Assembly (NCBI GenBank): GCA_963556065.3
Contig: CAUVYH020000004.1
Span: forward strand, 36,928 to 100,927
DNA: 64,000 nucleotides
Reading direction: 5' to 3'
DNA from: Bacteroidales bacterium
GTDB taxonomy: Bacteria; Bacteroidota; Bacteroidia; Bacteroidales; WCHB1-69
This document shows positions 60,357 through 64,000 of this stretch, piece after piece (within the stretch, counting starts at the first letter, position 1; every line of letters starts with the position of its first letter). The translations under genes were made by a program, and so were the position numbers. The notes beneath the pieces are model-generated. The model worked only from the letters and a program-made list of their open reading frames with translations. It was not told where the DNA came from and searched no databases.

Positions 60357-60488
60357 ATATAACAGCTAGGCTTGGCACAATTGCAGGTTAAAACGTATAT
60401 GAAAGTTCAGTGCTTTTAATTAACTTTGTAATGGTTTGACAGGGAAGTATTTCAAAACCGCAACTGTGCCAAGTCGTCTCCGTTATAT
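60357..60488. repeat. 132-nt imperfect palindrome with ATATAAC/GTTATAT ends (attC-like or MITE-like)
   Basis: ATATAAC 60357-63 pairs with GTTATAT 60482-88. CTTGGCACAATTGC 60371-84 pairs with GCAACTGTGCCAAG 60460-73 (13/14). Spacers are 7 and 8 nt, and the centre is 75 nt. Confidence 0.7.
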
Positions 60489-60688
60489 TTAAACACGGAG
60501 TTCACCCTTGTAAATAAGTAGTTAAGCATTACACATAACAAAGAGTTCGGTGTTTTGCAATAGTCTCATATTAAAACCGGATAGGTGAAGCTCAAAAATA
60601 AAAAAAGGCATACTACAGTTTATTTGACTCTAAAGTAATAATATACATCTATTTACGTTTTCATAATATAATTCAATAACATTATATT

Positions 60689-61066
60689 ATGAAACATTTA
60701 TCGACAATCATTTTATTTGTTACGCTTCTAAGTGGATGTAACGGTACAGCTGTTAAAGAAAACACAAGTGATGCAGATTTTATTCTCGGAAAATGGAAAA
60801 ATACTTCAGAGGAAAATTCATTTATTGAGTTTACAAAAACAGGAGATTATATTGTATGGATTAATAATGAGGCTGCCTCAGACACATTAAAATTCAAATT
60901 TGACCCCAATTCAAATCAAAATTTTAAACTAATTGAAAATAGAGATACCATAAAAGGCATATTAGAAATTATTGACAAGGACAAGATTAAATTATCAATA
61001 TTTGCCATTAATTCAGATAAAATTCACGCTTCTTCAATATTTGTGAGAGTAATCGATAAGAAATAA
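60689..61066 (+). CDS. small lipoprotein
   Basis: Lipobox LLSGC. 125 aa. Confidence 0.6.
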   Translation: MKHLSTIILFVTLLSGCNGTAVKENTSDADFILGKWKNTSEENSFIEFTKTGDYIVWINNEAASDTLKFKFDPNSNQNFKLIENRDTIKGILEIIDKDKIKLSIFAINSDKIHASSIFVRVIDKK

Positions 61067-61567
61067 AACTTTGTTCATCCAACAAACGGCTAAACTATAA
61101 ATACAACTTACGAGAAATAACCGCCAATTGCTAATTGAATAAAGCCCTGCCAGTTTGATTAGACTTCGCTCATCAACCGCTGGCGGGAAGCGTTTCTCTC
61201 ACCACTGTACACTTCAACTCAGTGTAAACCAAGTGGCTCTCGTTTACGGTGGCTTCCACTAATTGGAGGACGGAGCAACTTTATTACAACAAGTGCAAGC
61301 GGCATGTGCAGGGCACATAAAGACCTAGAGCTGTGGGGCTAAGTAGGGTGAAGATTTCAGCGTTATTAATTACATTTGTCCTCAGTTGGTAAATTTGCGG
61401 TACTTAATTCCCAACCGGATTTAGCCTCGGACCTTAGGCAAAAATGCGAAAAAACGACAAAAAAAAACAATATTTTGGACAGATTGAATGTTGATAATTT
61501 TGATAAGTTATTTGACAATAAAAGACATTTAAACCGTAACTTTGTCAAATACAAAGAAAAGAATCAA

Positions 61568-62677
61568 ATGCTTTTTGAAGAATACAAATACTTCGACTAT
61601 CAATTTCCTGAACCTCAATACTTAGGTGCTAAGCATACCCATTTGGCTTGGATTAAAAGTTTTATACCAAACAATGTAAAAACTGCAATTGATGCCTTTG
61701 CAGGTTCTCAATCGGTTGCTTTTCTGTTCAAACAGTTAGGATATAAAACAATAACAAATGACTTTTTAAACTTCAACAATCAAATTGGTACAGCACTTAT
61801 AGAAAATAAGGATACAAAATTAACTGATGATGACTTAAAAATTCTTTTTCAACAAGCTAAAAACAAAAAGGATTTTGAACTTATGGAAAACATATTTACC
61901 AATGTGTTTTTTGAAAAAGAAGAAGCTATTTTTTTAGACAATTTCAGAGCGAATATACCATTGCTCGAAAACCCAATAAAGCAAGCAATCGCTTTTACAG
62001 TAATTAACCGAAGTATGACAAGAAAAATAACAATGGGACATTTTGGTCATACTCAAGCTTTGGTTTATGCAAGCAACCCGGAAAGAATAAAACGTAATCG
62101 AAGTTTGGTTAGACCGATTAAAGAATTATTTGAAGAAATATTACCAAAATATAACAACGCTGTTTTTGACAACAAACAAGACAATAAAAGTTTTAATAAA
62201 AATATTTTAGAGTTATTGCCGACAATTGAAAAGGTAGATTTAGCATATTTCGACCCTCCATATTGCGACAGTCATGCCGATTATCAAGGTTTTTACCATT
62301 TACTTGAAACCTATACCGAATATTGGAAAGATAAAGAATTTGTTAATGGAATAAAACGATACGAGCCACAACGGGTAAGTGGCTTTGACAAAAAACGAGA
62401 TGTTCTGAATTCTTATGAAAAACTCTTTGAACTTTCAGAAGAAATACCAAATTGGTTAATCAGTTATAATAATCGGAGTTATCCGGGAATTGAAGAATTT
62501 GAAAAGCTAATTTCCAAATATAAAGAAGTAAAGGTTGAAGCAAAAACATATCATAATGGCAGAGGAGGAAAAGGCAGTGTTGCTGGTAGTCAGGAGATTT
62601 TATTTGTTTGTACCCCCAAGAAAAAACATTTTACATCAACTATTCAACAGCAAGAATTGGTAAATGAAAGATTTTAA
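61568..62677 (+). CDS. D12-class (Dam-like, alpha-type) N6-adenine DNA methyltransferase
   Basis: YLGAKH, DAFAGSQSVAF (motif I), then FDPPY (motif IV) about 210 aa later. ATG 61568 preferred over TTG 61376. Confidence 0.8.
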   Translation: MLFEEYKYFDYQFPEPQYLGAKHTHLAWIKSFIPNNVKTAIDAFAGSQSVAFLFKQLGYKTITNDFLNFNNQIGTALIENKDTKLTDDDLKILFQQAKNKKDFELMENIFTNVFFEKEEAIFLDNFRANIPLLENPIKQAIAFTVINRSMTRKITMGHFGHTQALVYASNPERIKRNRSLVRPIKELFEEILPKYNNAVFDNKQDNKSFNKNILELLPTIEKVDLAYFDPPYCDSHADYQGFYHLLETYTEYWKDKEFVNGIKRYEPQRVSGFDKKRDVLNSYEKLFELSEEIPNWLISYNNRSYPGIEEFEKLISKYKEVKVEAKTYHNGRGGKGSVAGSQEILFVCTPKKKHFTSTIQQQELVNERF

Positions 62678-63770
62678 TTACTGGAAAAAACTACACGAAA
62701 ACGAAAAACTCGAAGAGTTTAGTGAAGATATTATTGGTTTATTATGGCTAAAAACAAAATCAATTGTTCGCAAAGAACTTATTGCTGAGTTTCTAATAAG
62801 TAATGCAATAATCTTGAACGAGAAAGCTTTAGCAAAACAATTTATTGAATTGTTTAACATACTATGCAAAGACCCTGTCAATTCTCATAAAATTTTAAAC
62901 GATTTTATTAAGGATGAGAATAAAAAACAGGTTGAGAAACTTGATACCGTTCAATTAGTTTCTGAACTTTATAAACTCAAAAATTTTGAATGGGGCGGAG
63001 ATTATCAAAACTCTTTGGATAAATATTTGGTTAACCATCATGTAAAAGTCCATAAATCCTACGACACGCTTATTTCAAAGTTTGAAAAGGAAATTAATGT
63101 AGCTGTTCAAGGCTATGTTTTGAATAGCTGGTATAACCATTGGAGTAGTATTTTAATTGAGCATATTTTCAAATCACATACATCAGTTCTACCAACAGTG
63201 GGTCAAATTAAAAGTGTTGATTTTTTCATTAATAATATTCCATTTGATTTAAAAGTTACTTATCTGCCTGCTGAATTTATAAAAGATAAACGTAAAGAAA
63301 AAGGTTATCCTGTCGAGTTAACCTTCCTTAAAAAGAAAGCAGAAGAAGCAAAAATAAACTTTGATAAAAACGCTAAACCTGCTGATATTTTTTACGAGAT
63401 AGTAGAAAAGATGAAGGACAGGAACGATGATTTTTGCATTGGAGTTTTAACTACTCTGAAAAACGAAAAACTTGAAATTCTTAAAGAAGTTCAAGCAAAT
63501 CCTAAAATATTAGCTACCTGGCTTTATGAAAATCAAGGCGAAATGAGATTTGGTTCAGAAAATCGTTTGTTTCTTGTGCTTGTTGATACGGATGATTTTA
63601 ATGGCTCATGGAAGTTGAAAAGAAATCTCGACCTTTTAAAGCCAACAATTATTTCATACTTGGATAAATTTTCAACTAAAAAGACCGAAGACTTAAAGGT
63701 TACATTCAATTTTAAAGGTAAACCACAGACTTTTACAGCATTGACAGATGTGATTTTTGTAGTTAAATAG
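62664..63770 (+). CDS. putative type II restriction endonuclease (PD-DxK)
   Basis: 14-nt overlap with the MTase gene. Candidate catalytic pattern VDFFINNIPFDLKVT. Confidence 0.5.
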   Translation: MKDFNYWKKLHENEKLEEFSEDIIGLLWLKTKSIVRKELIAEFLISNAIILNEKALAKQFIELFNILCKDPVNSHKILNDFIKDENKKQVEKLDTVQLVSELYKLKNFEWGGDYQNSLDKYLVNHHVKVHKSYDTLISKFEKEINVAVQGYVLNSWYNHWSSILIEHIFKSHTSVLPTVGQIKSVDFFINNIPFDLKVTYLPAEFIKDKRKEKGYPVELTFLKKKAEEAKINFDKNAKPADIFYEIVEKMKDRNDDFCIGVLTTLKNEKLEILKEVQANPKILATWLYENQGEMRFGSENRLFLVLVDTDDFNGSWKLKRNLDLLKPTIISYLDKFSTKKTEDLKVTFNFKGKPQTFTALTDVIFVVK

Positions 63771-64000
63771 CAAAAAAGAGATTGAATAAGTATTGACAAT
63801 TGGATATGTAAAAAGCATTCCAAATGATAATATTGTTCATGATCCAGATTTGTATTACAAAGAAACAAAACAAATTTTGAAACTAATAAATGGCAAATAT
63901 AATGATAAGCCTGTTTTGGGATTTTAATAAAGAAATCCCGATAAAATAAAACAATACATATTTTATAGAGGTCAACGCTTAACTACATGCTATCTGCTCA

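Noticed and set aside
57411-61567. Longer N-terminal extensions suggested by the track: TTG 57411 for fic, ATG 58684 for the repeat protein, TTG 61376 for the MTase.
   Set aside because: The extensions overlap promoter-like or hairpin sequence (58684 is inside the GTTATG stem), add non-conserved Lys/Asn-rich peptides, and place signal peptides or family N-termini internally. Downstream ATGs fit better.
55860-64000. A complete integron (intI + attI + Pc + cassettes).
   Set aside because: No tyrosine recombinase is present anywhere in the window. The gene upstream of the first cassette-like unit is a T9SS protein. Only attC-like boxes are seen, so at most a CALIN-type array can be proposed.
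1-64000. tRNA, rRNA, tmRNA, RNase P or SRP RNA genes, IS elements and prophage genes.
   Set aside because: Scanning the intergenic regions by eye, I found no cloverleaf-like GTTCGAATC-type boxes, no conserved RNase P, SRP or tmRNA cores, and no transposase, integrase or phage structural ORFs. This has not been verified computationally.

Overview
AT-rich Bacteroidota chromosomal window. The phylum call rests on T9SS C-terminal sorting domains, an S46 dipeptidyl-peptidase, DUF4270/DUF3822/DUF4159-type families and a TAnnTTTG-type -7 box. I support about 55 protein genes and recognised no rRNA, tRNA, CRISPR array, transposase or integrase. Most content is housekeeping: rny, crcB-DUF190, rsmE, cydAB with a small DUF4492-like ORF, LemA-TPM-TPM, htpG, glmS-DUF4270-short glycogen synthase, metG, pruA, rsmD and ftsE/lolD-like ATPases. 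Five things stand out. (1) There are at least 25 indel-type frame disruptions, all in the first 36.7 kb. They hit essential genes (rny, glmS, metG) and mostly sit in short homopolymers, so they look like consensus errors; 26.5-29.8 kb could alternatively be true decay. (2) Several families of nested palindromic intergenic repeats are present. One is a 5-copy, co-oriented element with core TTCGTGGATCCACGAA placed right after + strand stop codons. Another is an IVS-like hairpin enclosing a four-helix-bundle gene. (3) A 1077-aa single chain fuses 2Fe-2S, NAD/FAD reductase, 2x[4Fe-4S], BFD and DAO modules, which are normally split over 3-4 subunits. (4) An overlapping PP-loop ATPase + orphan Mur ligase pair resembles the MurL/MurD2 alternative peptidoglycan route. 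(5) From about 55.86 kb to the window end lies a visibly more AT-rich, co-oriented accessory island. It holds an unknown 325-aa protein, a class II Fic, a 29-aa-repeat T9SS protein, a small lipoprotein, and a Dam-like MTase with a PD-DxK REase. Its gene junctions carry AAC...GTT imperfect palindromes reminiscent of integron attC sites, but no integrase is visible. All family calls come from motif recognition by eye; no searches were run.
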